DNA of 64,000 bases from Takakia lepidozioides. Taxonomy: Eukaryota > Plantae > Bryophyta. This document shows positions 1 to 13,488 of the stretch, piece by piece (the stretch's first letter is position 1; the number at the start of each line of letters is the position of its first letter). The translations under genes and the position numbers were made by a program. The stretch lies in NCBI GenBank assembly GCA_030704615.1, contig CM060733.1, forward strand, positions 56,668,001 through 56,732,000. The letters are read 5' to 3'. The notes under the pieces are model-generated. The model made no database searches. It saw nothing but the letters and a program-made list of their open reading frames with translations, and had not been told where the DNA came from.

Positions 1-2508
1 GAAATCCAGGTGAAGCCCATGGGGTATAACACTGCCCCACCAACGAGGACATCGTAAGAGACCGCGTCTGTCACAATGGCCTTGGCTCGCATCACTGAGC
101 CATCTACAGGATGATCCGGCTGCAGTCTAATAGCCAACTGATGCCGTGTCATGCCGCGAGCCTGCTCTGATCCTCCCAGAGATGTCTGTATCTGGAAAGG
201 ACAAGGCTCCATATCCGCCTCCATGAGGCCCAAACCTGCAATAGCAGCTCTGCCCAACATCAGTGGCTGAGCTCCTGAGTCCAACAAGACCCGCAGTGGC
301 CGGTACTTCTTGCCTGCCGGTCCACTCAAAGTGAAAATGCCTCCTGGTTGTCTAACAAGACAACTCCAGGTGTCACCATGGCGCGCTCAATGCTGGCCTA
401 GCTGGCAGCTCCGTCAACCTGGCAGCTGCAACTTGCCATGGCGCAGCCGTGGCAGTCTTGACCCTCAAATCCGAGGATCCCTCTGCCACTACACCTTCAC
501 TAACTCCGCAGAAGATGAAGTGACCTCCCCACTCTCACAGAGTGTTGCTGCTAGTCTGAACACTGCAGCTGGTCTCAGGCGTCGCAATCATTGTTGCCGA
601 GAACAGTGGGCCTGACACAGAGGTGGCTGCCCCCAATAACACACCGGCCGCACTAGCCTTGGCAGCAGGAGTCAATGCTGCACGTGTAGCTCTCCCCAAT
701 GGCATAGTAACCTCCGCCTCGGTAACAGTCGGGCGAGAACTAGGTGCCATGGATGGCGTCGACACAGTCTCCGCCAATGTGAATGACTGAGGAAGCCTTG
801 CCTGACGGCTTGCCTCCCCACGCTGTGGATCCAATTCCACCTCTGCACCTCGTGGCTCAGGAACTCGTGCTGCTCCTCGAGTCACGCTGCAGCAAACTCC
901 ACCTGCTCTAGTGGTAGTGCTGCTCCGCACATAAATCCCATGCCTCCCATATCTCCTCCCTCAGGAGCAGGAGGTGGACCATCCCGCCTGGGAGCCGGTA
1001 CCGCCTGAGCTATAGCCATGGCAGCGAGCCTCTGCTCTAGCTGCTGAAGCCGGTTGGCCATGCCTTGATCAACGCCCTGACCTCCGCGTCCTTGGCCATG
1101 TTGAGCTTGCCCTTGGCCTGCACCTCGTGCCCGACCACCTCGTCCTCCTGGGCTGGTCCACTCGCCCCGGCCACCATTGTTCCCTTGGAACTGGCCTGGG
1201 CGCAACTCAGGATGCAAGTCATAACACTGGGCATCTCCATGCCCATACTTGCCACAATGCCCACACTGCAAACTGTGCAGGCTGTGCTTGTGCCGGCCTT
1301 CTGCCACTCTCTGGCAATCTCTCTTGACATGGGGTCCTCCACATGTCCAACATATCACCCCTGGTTGCTGTTGGCCTGCAAAAGATGCCACGGGCCTCTG
1401 CACCTGAGGTCCCCTGTAAGCTCCATGGAACTTGGGCTGGGCAACCTTGCCCCCCTGACCACGCTGTTGGGCAGTCCCTTGTGCTTGTGGGCTGACAGCT
1501 GTGCCCCGTACAGGCATGTCCTTGCCAAATCCAATTGTAACAACTCGCTCCTCCACCATGTTGAGCTCAATCCGCTCAGCCAGCAGAAACACATCTGCTA
1601 ATGTGGGTTGGGCTGCTTGTAACAGGGTTGCATCTCGCACCCTTCTCTTGAGCTCCTTGTCCAAATTCCATACCAAAACTGGATTGCCTGAGCTTCAGTA
1701 ACCCCTTGGGTCACACTTATCAAGCGCCTCATACGAGTGTACGCCTCTCGCAGGCTCTCACTGGGTTTGCGCTGGAAGTCTTGCAAACTTCGCAGCTTCT
1801 CTGTCCGTACACCTTGGTAGTTCCTCCGCAACTCCTGGAAGACTCCACCACCGGGTTGAATCTAGGCACATGTGTTGTAGTTGTGGCAGGAGGAGTAGTA
1901 GCACCTTTTGAACTGGTACCACCTGCAGAAGTACCAGCACTACCTGCTCCACTACTAGTGCTGGCAGTGGGAGCTATTGGTACTGATGCAGCTACTGGTC
2001 GCGTCGTGCCTCGAGTAATGGAGACGTAGTCAGGTGACCAATACATCATCCTCCACTCCTCAATCTCTGCTTCATGTCCTCGCCTGAACTCGTGGTAATC
2101 GTCCATAGGCGGGCCTTCCAAATGCTGGAACAGTCCCTTCCACGCCATGAATGGGGTGAATAGCTGTGGATTGCGCATCTGCTGCAAATCACACCAGCTG
2201 TCGAACTCCTGGATAAAGTCATCCAACTCGATTGTGCCCACAGCTCCAGAGTACCTACGAGGCCCCTTGGTAGCTCCATACATCTCCTCCATGTCGTCCC
2301 ACAACAATGGCGAATGAAAGTGCACACCTGTTGATGAAGCCTCCGAGTCTGTGTCTGACTCTACAGTAATTGAGGGTGGCGGTGAAGGTGGTCTGAACCG
2401 AATACCTCGTCTTGTGAACCCACTCTCACTGTTACTGCCTGTAGCCGTACTCCCCTCACCACCCTTGGGTAACTCCGTAATGACACTCACAATGTGCACC
2501 TCCTCCAC
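1..2508 (-). mobile_element. Degenerate LTR-retrotransposon gag and aspartic protease (5' part; continues beyond window start)
   Basis: Frameshifted gag pieces at 1729-2508, 1598-1831, 882-1676 and 535-930 with zinc knuckles (CWTCGGPHVKRDC, CGHCGKYGHGDAQC); retropepsin motif VLLDSGAQ read on the minus strand at about 270-290. Confidence 0.8.
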
Positions 2509-3042
2509 GTGACACTATAAGGCTCTAGTACTAATCTAATAGTGACACGGGTGGGCACCTGTTGCAGTTTTAAGGGTCATATCCCAATGGCTCAGGGCAC
2601 CTGCACCTGCATCCACCGCAAGAACTCCTATGGTTGGCTGGTCATCAACCCAGCCTCACCATAGAAGAAACACTGGTGGTCTTGCTGGTCATCACTCCAG
2701 CCTCACCACCGACAGCATACTCTAGGATTGACCGGTGATCAAATCCGGCCTAATCCCTATAAAAGCAAGCGCCCACACAAAACCAACATGGCGCACAGTC
2801 AAGCATGCAGGTGTTGGGGGGGATCCAAACACAAGAAATCAAAACATCAACACCCCCACACCAAAATCCAGCTGCAATGCTGATCCTGCAATAATCCCAG
2901 CCCAGCCCAAAACCCCGGACTGACTGGCCTCCACCAAGAGAGGCTTTGGCAACTACAAGTACAAGGTAATGAAAATAGTACAGAGATGGAGGGGAAGAAT
3001 AGAAGCCCGACCAAGCAACAAATCTAATCCTGATCTATGCTA

Positions 3043-3791
3043 TCAACTGACTTCTCTCAAAGTGCCTCGCTCTGCATGATGGTAAGGTGTAGGAGGTATA
3101 TCTATGTCCAGAAACCTGCCACTAACCTTGTCCCAAGCTACAGTAGCTCGCTCTAACCAACCCTCCTCCTCTTTCTGCCAGGTAGAGACAAAGCAATACT
3201 CCCATATCTCCCGCTCACTGAACACTAAAGAAAACAAAGGTAGGGTCTGATAGTCTCTCAACTCGAAAGCTTTGAGACGGTTGCGGGTGTCCTCATTGCG
3301 AATGACTGCATCTCCTTCACGCACAACAACATGTCATTGCTGATGAACCCCCGCTCGTGGTTGCCTTGTGCAGAGCGTATCCGGCTGCAACCATGTCTGA
3401 TTGCACAAACTTGTGTAGCTCCTGCTCCTCTGCTCCAGTACACCACGGCCTTGTGACTGAACACCTTGGTCCCCGGGGCTGTCTTTGGCTGTGTTCCAAG
3501 CCTAGCTTTCACCCACTTTGGTATTTCACCTACAGCTGCAGAACTGCTGGCTCCAACAGAGTTCTGACTGTCCAAGGCGATATTGAGGCCCTCAATGCCA
3601 ACTACAGCAGTCTGTTGTCTACTGCTAATGCCTGACTCCCAGTATGCAATCAACTCGTCCAACTGTTCTCCACTCAAATCAGTCTGAGTTCCTTGGGAAA
3701 CATAAATCCTGTCCCCTTGTGTGCACAGACTAAGAGAAGAGACCTGCCCTTCAATTACGTCCTCATTTCCCCCAGCCATGCAAGAGTACAT
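3043..3791 (-). pseudogene. Frameshifted ORF of unknown function upstream of gag, probably part of the same retroelement
   Basis: Two overlapping ORFs (3258-3791, 3043-3324) on the gag strand with protein-like composition; no domain recognised. Confidence 0.35.
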
Positions 3792-4239
3792 CCACCAATT
3801 TGTCTCTCATATAGACCAGCACAGGTTCTAGAGACAGGATTGTGGATCTTTCATGGCACACTCACACTCTAAAAATTCCATAGATTTTTAGCAGAGTCCC
3901 AAAAACAGAAACCAGGTTTAGATAGGTAGATTTCCCCTTTCTGCAGCTATCCCCCCAAAAACTGAGTCAAACGGAGCTCATTTGACAAAGATATGACCAA
4001 CCAGGCTCTTTAAACATAACACCTTCTTTTTCTTTTTTTCTTTTTTTTAAATTAATTAATTAATTTTTTAATACTTGTCTAGGTTCCATGTTCCCTGGTT
4101 ATCTACGGGTTCCCGAGGCCGTTCCCCGACTATGCTGACTCCAGGGCTTTGATCCTTTGCGCTTGAACCAAGTAGCTCCCTGACCCACGCTCGTATCACC
4201 AGTACACACCCCTGCTCGACAGGCTTAGCACCCCATAGG

Positions 4240-4385
4240 CTTCCCTCCTTCTAGCGCCACTGACTTCAACAGCAGGCTCAGCAGGCTTTGTCCATAGAGA
4301 ATGTTCAATAGTTCAAACAGCTCAGCATCACTGGCCAGCTCCAGTACAGAGTGTAGCTCTGGATCAAATGCAGCTCCTAGCACTG
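4240..4385 (-). pseudogene. Orphan exon fragment of a conserved plant protein ([22 protein letters not shown]...)
   Basis: Resembles an uncharacterised plant protein N-terminal motif (from memory); about 45 bp is duplicated at about 4731-4776. Confidence 0.4.
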
Positions 4386-4815
4386 ACTCTTTGCCAGTAA
4401 GCAGGTATATCTCTGCTGCTTTCTTGTCATGTTGTAAACAGCCTTGGAAGGTTTCAGACCTTGAGCTGGTCCACCTGTGACTTCTCGACCTCCAACCAAT
4501 AATGTGCCTCATAATAAGATGGTTTACCATTACTTGCCAAGTGCATAGAAGCATTACTGCAGCCTAACATAATCTTGCTATCGAGACAGGAAGACGGAAG
4601 GAAATGAAGAAATGTCATAACCTCCAGCAAGCGGTAAGGAGAAGAAAGCCCGAGAACTTAAGAAACAGTACCAATTTCTTCGTCAATGCCCATATCCTTA
4701 TACAAAGCAGAGACAAACAGGCAGCACATGACTAGCCAGCTCCAGTACAGAGTGTAGCTCTGGATCAAATGCAGCTTGTGCATATGTTACTGATGAGCGT
4801 TCTGACGTTGAACAG

Positions 4816-5040
4816 GCAAGAAGAGGTTGCCTGCGTATCCTGAAAGGGTTGGTGCGGCTGCAAGCACTGGTGCGGGCCCACACAGTGCGAAGGCAGGCTG
4901 CCAGTACCCTGCGGTGCTTGCAAGCGCTGGTGCGAGTGCAGGCTCAAGTGCGAGCACGCCGTGTTTGAATGTCACAGCAGGGCCAGACCGTCTAGCATAT
5001 CATTAGGCAACATCGTCTTGAGGCCCAGCAACATGATTCC
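4816..5040 (+). pseudogene. IQD-family (IQ67 calmodulin-binding domain) exon fragment with stops
   Basis: After AG acceptor 4814-4815 it reads [58 protein letters not shown], starting at the conserved phase-0 IQ67 intron position; the stops fall at expected Arg (CGA>TGA) and Gln (CAG>TAG) codons. Not in the ORF track. Confidence 0.8.
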
Positions 5041-5959
5041 AAACAGTGCCTTATGTGTAGGCTAGAAGAAGCAGGTGAGATCGCTGTTTTTGTCCGAAAA
5101 CAGTAGGGTCCAGCTTCGTTCAGATTCTCCATTTCAAACGGTACAAAGCAAAATTCCAAGCACTCCCTACCAGACTTTCCAGAACTGCAGAGATTACGAA
5201 ACCGGGAGTTCCATCATGAGCGACATGCTGTGCGACAATCGAAGTCCGTGCCTCCCTTCCGCTCGATGGTGCCACTGCTCAAATTCCCTCCCTCTTGCGG
5301 CTTTTCTAAGACTCTTCTTTCCTTTCCCTTTAATGGACTGTACAGCACCTATGCTCTTGCGCACAGACCAGCGAAGGAGCGACTTGCGGTTTGCGAGCTT
5401 GCAAGGGGCGGGACGAAAGAGAGAACAAGGCGGGGAAGGAAGAAGAGAGAGAGAGACTCGCCTACACTCTTGCGCACAGACCATTGAAACAGCAGGGCCA
5501 GATGGACTCCCGCCCTAAGATATATATTATATAATAATGCTAAAACAAACATTGTATCTAGCTTAGCACCAGCACACTAGATAACGCTCATCTTTCTCGA
5601 GTGATAAACAAGCATAGAGACATTGTTGACACAAAACATATGAAATCCATCGCTATCACTCTTTATAATAGAAGTCGAGCCAGGGGCACCCCAAGCTATG
5701 GGGACTCCACCCCACAACAACCTACACTCCCATCATGAGTACACTCAGATCTAAACGCATGCAGGAGCTCGGTCGCGCAGGCTCAACGAGAGAAAGATGA
5801 GCGCGCGACTGCCGCTCCGTGAAGATAAGACGGACCAGGTGTCAAACTAAATTGACACCTGATTTAACACTTGACCTAAATCCAAGTGTTAAATACAAAT
5901 AACTAGTTTTATTCTAGCTGTTTTCACACTGTGCTTATTTAACTTGACAGAGTCGAACA

Positions 5960-8106
5960 ATGGATCTTCAACCATATGAGTCCCTACTGCAACAGCTCCT
6001 ACTGCAACGGTTCTTCTTCAACAGATTACGAGAAAACCAAAGATCAGCATGCCCGAGAAATTTGATGGGACGAAATCAAGATTTCGCGGTTTTGTTCAAC
6101 AAGTACGACTGTTCCTACGACTACATCCACAACGCTACCCCGATGAAGGTATTCAAGTGGGATTCGTGGGCACCCTTGTATCAGGCACTGCCCTATTTTG
6201 GTTTGCACCGCTATTAGAAAAAAATTCGCATTTACTATATAATTTTGAAGCATTCATGTCCGAGTTCACTGCAACGTTTGGAGAAAATGATAGAGATAGA
6301 GTTGCAGAAACAAAGATGCGAAATCTTCGACAAGGAGCACGTCTTGCTTCCGTTTATGCTGCCGAATTTTGACAACTTGCGTGCAACCTCGACTGGAATG
6401 AGAAGAGCCTCATTAGTCAGTTTCGATGTGGACTAAAAGATAATGTAAAAGATTTGTGCTGACAATGCCAAACGTGAGCACACTGAGTGAATTCATCACC
6501 CAAGTCATTGCATGCGATAATCGTTTGTTCGAAAGACGTCAAGAGAAGCGATCTGGATGGTCGACGACGCATCATGTCACTGCTACTACGACACCAAATA
6601 CAACGATCCATCAGACATCCAGTAGTGATTTTATGTAGATTGATGCTGTCTGATTCAAACCATTGACGCCACAAGAAAAAACAAGACGGCGCTCGAATGG
6701 ATTATGCCTCTATTGCGGAGAAGAAGATCACATAGCATTAAACTGCCCAAACAAAATAAGATTCAAAGCTCGGGGCACAACTCAAGTGTTTGATACGAGG
6801 AGGTCAGAAAACGATGATGTCCAGTCACAGTAGGGACCATGCGGCTGGACACCACAAATTCCTTACCGAAAAAAAGTCTCTTTCTACCTCCAGACCCTGC
6901 ACCTTGCTTCACAGTTCCGGTAAAAATCAGAGTGCAAAATCGAGATATCGTTGTAGAAGCACTTTTGGACTCAAGAGCTTCAGTTTGTTTTGTGGACACA
7001 AACTTTGCGAAGCAACACAATTTAACGCTCGTAAAGAAGACACTTTGGGCCCCCGTTGAAGTCATCGATGGACGACCATTAGCATCAGGAAATGTGGACC
7101 ATGAAACTCGACCACTTGAAGTGAAGCTTAAAGATCAAGCATCACATATTGTTTTCAATGTCATCCAGTCTCCAACGAATCATGTGATCATTGGACTTCC
7201 CTGGTTCATACTTCACAATCCCGACATCGACTGACGATCGCGAAAAAATTCTGCAAGACAAAAATGTAGAAATATCAAAGATATTCAACCCCTATTCCTT
7301 GGAGCTAGAGCTTTCATGAGAGCTACCAAAAATGAGACGGCATGTGCACTTTATGCGACTCCGATCAAGACCACAACAGACAAAGGTACTTCAACATTAC
7401 CCGCTCAATATCAAGATTTCAAAGATGTCTTCGAGAAGAAAAATGCAGACATATTGCCAAAACATCGACCTTATGACTGTGCAATTGAGTTACAAGAAGG
7501 AGCCCAACAACCATTCGGCCCAATCTATAACTTATCCCAGACGGAGTTGGCTGCATTACGCGAATACATTGATGAAAATTTGTCAAAGCACTTCATCCGA
7601 CATTCCAAATCACCCGCGGGGACGCCTATCTTGTTTGTGAAAAAGAATGACGGATCATTACGCATGTGTGTCGACTATCGCGGTCTCAACAAAGTCACAA
7701 TCAAGAATCGTTATCCGTTGCCGCTGATTTCTGGGCTTCTCGACCAGCTGGGACAAGCGAAGATTTTCACCAAAATCGACTTGAGATGAGCTTATAACCT
7801 TGTCCAGATAAAAGAATGAGACGAATGGAAAACAGCTTTTTGAACAAGGTATGGACATTTTGAATACAGTGTTATGCCTTTCGGTCTTACCAATGCTCCA
7901 GCAATTTTCCAACATATGATGAATGACATCTTTCGAGAATTTTTAGATGACTTTGTAGTCAGCTATTTGGACGACATTTGGATATCACAAACTGAAGAAG
8001 AACATGGCCGCCATGTACACCTTGTCTTTGATAAATTAAAAGAAATATGATTATATGTCAAGTTGGATAAATGTCTTTTTCATCAATCTGAGGTCGAATT
8101 TCTTGG
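5960..8106 (+). mobile_element. Decayed Ty3/Gypsy (Tcn1/Tf1-like) gag-protease-RT, truncated at the end of RT
   Basis: Gag MPEKFDGTKSRFRGF...; protease ALLDSRAS; [26 protein letters not shown] at about 7964-7975; many in-frame stops; ends at VEFLG. Confidence 0.88.
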
Positions 8107-8287
8107 AGGACTTGGCCGACATGTCTTCCTGTAATTTGGCGGAGACTGTTCACAACGCCTGGATGCAGCAGTCTACCAAAGCAGGACGTGACTTGTATGT
8201 GGCCACTGCAGATGACATGGTGCGGGCACTTACACAACAAACCAGATACCGCAATTTTCAGATGGGACGGGGAGGAGGCACGGGCCC
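8102..8287 (+). mobile_element. Fragment of the Mutator-like transposase (related to about 50705-50893) fused to the RT remnant
   Basis: LEDLADMSSCNLAETVHNAWMQQSTKAGRDLYVATADDMVRALTQQTRYRNF is nearly identical to ORF 50467-51456. Confidence 0.85.
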
Positions 8288-8717
8288 TCAATCTGGCTAC
8301 CTTAATTGTCTTTATGTTTTCTCCTCTCTAGCTGTTTGTAGTTCAATCGTTACTACGTCTCTTAGAGTCCCTGATCCTTCCCCGGCACCTCTCTGTGTGT
8401 TGTGTGCCATGGCGCCGAATTTCATGTTCCATCGCTCCAAGTCCTCAGACTGGCCGCGTCGAGACTTCGGACCCAGAGGGCAACGAAATCATGTTTGAAG
8501 ACAGCTTCGAAAATCAGAATGCTCAAATCACTGCGTGGTCCCAAGTTCAAGGTGTTGGACACTATCGATGGTTGTAAGAACCTATAAATCATTTGTGCAA
8601 GAACGAAGAGCCGAATACTTGGCAAGTACCATTCGCTGGATTTTGGATTTTCTCCAACTCTAAACAAGTTCAAGATTTTACCGCTCCTCGAGGAACTCGG
8701 CGCTAGATGAGGGGTGA

Positions 8718-9391
8718 TGTCACAGACATAGCCCAAAAGAACTTACCAGGAATAAAACCCAGAAGTTACCAAGTTACCAAGTTACCATGTTATCGAAAGT
8801 TATCATGACTTACTGTGATTTATCATGATCTACCATGATTTATCATTACTTACCAAGTTACCGGAAGTTTACCAAATTACCAAGAGTAACTTGGGAAACT
8901 ACTCAAGAAGCCTCCTTTGGAGGAAACTTCTCCATCAAAATACCTCATTTGTTTAATGAAGTTTCTCCATCAAGAAACCTTTGTTTAATCTTGGAAACTT
9001 CTCCAGCAAGAAACCTCCATAGGGGAAGCTTCTTAGGGGAGCTTCTTGGGGAAGCTTCTTAGTAACCAGTATATATAGGAGGCGAGACTGAACACTCTTC
9101 AGTCTCGCCAACACCAGTTCAAGCTACTTTTGTTTCCAGTTCCTAGTACTCCAGTCCAGTTCCCAGTACTTTAGCCCAGTTTCCAGTATCTGGCACTCCA
9201 GTCCAGTTTCCAGCATTCCAGTATTCAAGTCGTGTTCCAATATCTTGTACGTTTGTTCATTGTTATAAATATCATCTTTGATTCATATTTACTCATCGTG
9301 CATTCGGCCACGCCGACCTTGACTTCTTGTCTAGCATTGTACCTCTAGTTTTATCTTTTGTTTGTGTTCAGTCATGTTCTCATCCTTGACA
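8718..9391 (+). repeat. 3' LTR of an unidentified retrotransposon
   Basis: TGTCA...TGACA termini, preceded by purine tract GATGAGGGGTGA; TATATATAG at about 9070; internal short repeats (AAGTTACC, TTCCAGT). Confidence 0.65.
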
Positions 9392-9830
9392 GCGCCAGCC
9401 TCGCAGCCCTAGAGAAGGCCGACAAAGAGGTCCATGCTGACATCATGAAAGCCGGAATAGAGCCAGATATCATTATGGACACTGCCCTAGTAGACATGTA
9501 TGCCAAATGCTGGAGCATAACTGATGCACGTCGAGTGTTTGACAACATGAGTCAAAGAAGTGCGATCTCATGGAATGCCATGATTGTAGGATATGCCCAG
9601 CATTGATGTGGTAGGGAGGGTCTGGAGGCTTCCGAGCAAATGATACAGGAAGGAGAGTAACCTGACCAGGTCACATTCATTTGCATTATCCATGCTTGTG
9701 CCAACCTGGCAGCCCTGGAGAAGGTCAGACTGGTGCATGCTGACATCCTGAAAGGTGGAATTGTGCAAGATAGCATTCTCGAAAATACACTATTGGGTAT
9801 GTATTCCAACGGGATAACCACCTTAGATGT
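9392..9830 (+). pseudogene. PLS-class PPR fragment
   Basis: EVHADIMKAGIEPDIIMDTALVDMYAKC...SWNAMIVGYAQH with internal stops; cut by the LTR. Confidence 0.85.
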
Positions 9831-11715
9831 GTTGGTATTTTTTGAGTAGGTGTACATGAGGTTGGCAATACTAACAATTTTAATTGTCCCTTAATTAAAA
9901 CATATAGTAAAGCTACATGCCCCAAGATTCAAGACAGAGTGGCTACCACATACAACCAAGTGCCCATATTAGAGGAGATTATTTTGTAATATCCAGACTG
10001 ACATACTTACAAATCTCAGAGACTTCCTTTGGACATATACCGGCCCCAATGATGGCATCCAATTCTGCACAGCTCGAGTGAAAATGATAGAGAGATGGTA
10101 TCGGAAAATGGCAGAACAAAATATCAATATATCAGGATAAAGATTTTTATCAAAACAACTTGAGCATGTGTATAACTTCAAATAATATGGAAAAACAAAA
10201 TATTAATGCGGAGAGCCGGATAAAATATGTTCTAATTAAAGACAAAATACATGATGAACGCTGGAACAAATATGCATTAACTAGAAAACAACAAAGTTTT
10301 TTCATGGAACTGTGACATTAAATCAAAATCCAAATGATTTGAAATCTAAACCAATTGAAAATAAAGATGAAAAAGATATCATATAAACAACATTCGTAAT
10401 CCAAATCTACTAACTTGTCGTATCAAAATGAGCCAGAGTCATTACACGGGTCAAATTGATATCAAATGAAATAAATTTTGGGCTTTCAGCTGAAGTACTT
10501 GAGAAATCATTCTCAAGTAGAGAGCTTCGTGGTATGATATTAGAACCATTCATTGTACATATTGAGAATTCTTTTAATTGTTGGATGGTCGTCAAACTTT
10601 ATTAATAAAGTATAGAAGGTTTGAAAAGTGGGTAACGCAAGAGATGCAGAAATGAGAACCGAGAGCCAACCTTGCTATACAGGAAGCCACCAATCACTAA
10701 AATCATGGTGAGTGTAACTAAATCTGTGAACAAGTGGAATAAAGGGGACCGATAGTAACAGTTGCCTCTATGAACTTCTCTGCACCCTCCGTTGCCTTGT
10801 CTTTCCCTCTTGCAGCCACTTTGATCCTACATGCCATACCTGGCCCGATCCCCAACATAGCAAACAACTACTCACGCTGGCTCTGGCTCTCAAACCACTA
10901 GTGACAGACGCTACTAGTGCCTGTGCCACCAGCACGTTGAAGACACAAGTTACAAACATGCTTCTCACCGGACCGACATATTAGTAGAAGTATCTAGAAA
11001 CTGGAGTCAACTAGAACTAGAACTGTCTAGAAAGCCCACGCTAGAAAGTCAATCCTTAATTTTTGGACCAGTCATTTCATTAATTAAAACAGGTGGCCTT
11101 CCTGCATTGGCCCCCTCTTTTAACTTCTGGACCACAGTAACTCCTGGACCACTCTAGAATCCGCCGAATGAAAGTGCTCTACATATTCTTTGCCATTTCC
11201 ATTTTGCTAGCAAGGTTTTTCCTTTGTTAGCAATCTAGCACCATTGTGAACCTAGATTGTGATGACATTGATGTATGGAATATGCATTAAACAAGCCTCA
11301 AATTGCAATGGGCTCTCTTGCTTCACCAAAACATAAGAAGAAAGCATCAGCACAACACACCAATCGGAGGCTTGACATGTAAGGTCGTCTCTCTCTACAA
11401 GAGCCAATAAATGTTCTTATGTTCATAAAACTTGAATATAGCCCATCCATATGGACGTTGTTCTCAGAAGTTGTCCCTAGTAGTGCGGAGCACACGAAGC
11501 CCTAGTTGTTTTTTGGCCTTTGACCAAAAAGAAAATTCCGGCCTAACTAATAAGCACCAACAGTCAGTAGCTCAGTTGGATAGTGCACTGAGTGCCACCC
11601 AGATGATTCTGGGGTCAACTCTTGCTACTGACGGGTGTGGTATGGTTCCTGGGTTGTGCGCCATTCCTACGCCTCAATATGGGGCATCTCGTAAGGATGC
11701 TAGAGGTTGCAAGCT

Positions 11716-13041
11716 ATGGCGGACGGCAAGGAGGAGGAGAGGGACTCCGTGGAGTTCACACGCACTTGGCTGAAAAGACTACAGGACAGGGCACCTGCAT
11801 GTGTCTCCCAGGAGCCGCATGGATTCTATGACTCGTTGATCATCCATGACCTCGTAGTGAAGAGTGTTGAACCCAGCCGTCTAGTGTGTACCCTGCCTAT
11901 GAAACCCCGTCTCACTGTAAACTATCCACCCTCCCCTCCACCGCTGTGGTCCTCCTTTCTCCTTAGATCCGAATGATGGTCTTATGTCCCAACCAGGAGT
12001 CGTCATGATGAAGGCACAGTTGGTGTAGGCTTTTGGGTGTAGTGGTGCTTTACCATTGAGTCTATGTGCTGAATGAATGATGGATGCAGAATGACAGGGG
12101 ATTGCTGCATGGAGGGGTCATAGCATCGCTGGTGGACATTGTGGGCACAGGAGCACTTGTGACTGTAGGAGACAGATTAGGGGTGTCCGTTGACATTAAT
12201 GTCTCATATCTTTCAAGCGCAAGCCTTCATGTACGTGCCCTCCTCAACTCCCACCCCATTTCGTCATGTCTGGATAAACCTAGGTCTGTGAAACCAACTG
12301 ACCTAACTGATGGTAAACTAAACATGTGAATTGGGGGCTCAATGAGCCCTAACCATGCACAGCTTCTGATATTATACACCTATTTTCTGGAAATCTTAGT
12401 TCATTAGTCAGTCATCACTGTGGCGAAAGCGAGCAATTGAACTAGGCCATTATGCAAAATCCTACAGAAACCTGTAGGATTATTTCAATGCTGTCTCTAT
12501 ACCAACGTTGTCCACCAGTGTCTCGGTCAAGTTGACTAGACGCATGTTATCCACACAACTGAGTTGTAGTTAAATGAGGATTAACTATATCAAACTAACC
12601 TGAAAGGCAGTGATATGGACTGCTTCTTGAATGACCTAATTTAGATAATACAGACAGGGGAGGGGAGGGGAGTTTGGGCAGATCATCACAAACATGGTGG
12701 GATTTCAAGTAGTCATATGCTACAAAAATGCATATGAAGGGGCATTAGAATTATATTGGTTGAAACTTGCAGGCATGGTACTTGTATGAAACAGTTTTTA
12801 TGCAGAAGTCAATACAATTAGCTGCAGAGATCAAGCTACATCTGCACCGCAATTTCTTTTGCTTCGACAAGTGAAGGGTGAAGTTCATATGTGGCAGGAT
12901 GAGCTGGAGGTGGAAGCCAAAGTGCTGCGATCAGGGAAAAACTTAGCAGTGATTGAAGTCAACATCAGAAAAGCGAATGGTGATCTTGTGGCACAAGGTC
13001 GGCACACCAAGTTTCTCTCTGTACCCGGGTCCAAGCTCTAA
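11716..13041 (+). CDS. HotDog-fold acyl-CoA thioesterase (ACOT13/PaaI-like), 3 exons, 161 aa
   Basis: Exons 11716-11916, 12090-12230 and 12898-13041 with GT-AG phase-0 introns; motifs NDRGLLHGGVIASLVD, GVSVDINVSYL, VAQGRHTKF. Confidence 0.9.
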
Positions 13042-13488
13042 GTGCGGATTTTAGGGAGCAGCAGGAGATTTTAGAGAGTCAGCAATGGGAATCTAGAAAA
13101 CATTCTGAAGCAGAGATCTGGTACATTCTTACATTCTTGAAGCAAAATAATCAGGCTGCCCACAGGAGGTTGGGGATGACAAGTGGGTGAAGGGGGCCAT
13201 GGGGGATCAGGTGCCTACTTGGGAAAGTACCAATACTTTTGGTGGATTGAGCTGATCTGTCAGTCTGAAGTCATGCTATCCTGCATGCAAGAACTGTATT
13301 GTAACTTAGTTAGCATCAGCTTGAATACGTTCTGAAATCCTTTTCTTCAGTTTTTTCCCTTTCTCCAGAAACAAGCGTAATGTCTTCACTTTGCATGTGC
13401 TCAAATCAGCTCTTGTTCTTCTTTAGACCGTTTCCATGGGCTCTTATCATCAGATGTAGGCCTAAATGGGTATTCTCAATCACAGCAG

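Noticed and set aside
4185-4225. Possible PBS (TGGTGATACGAGCG, minus strand) and LTR end of the first retroelement
   Set aside because: I cannot match it to a tRNA, and no clear CA-terminated LTR follows.
4816-8100. Stops at CGA/CAG positions as sites of U-to-C editing
   Set aside because: These are nuclear TE and pseudogene sequences; methylcytosine deamination explains them, and reverse editing is known for organellar transcripts.
9830-10600. AT-rich segment as an organellar insertion or foreign gene
   Set aside because: No recognisable gene or motif.
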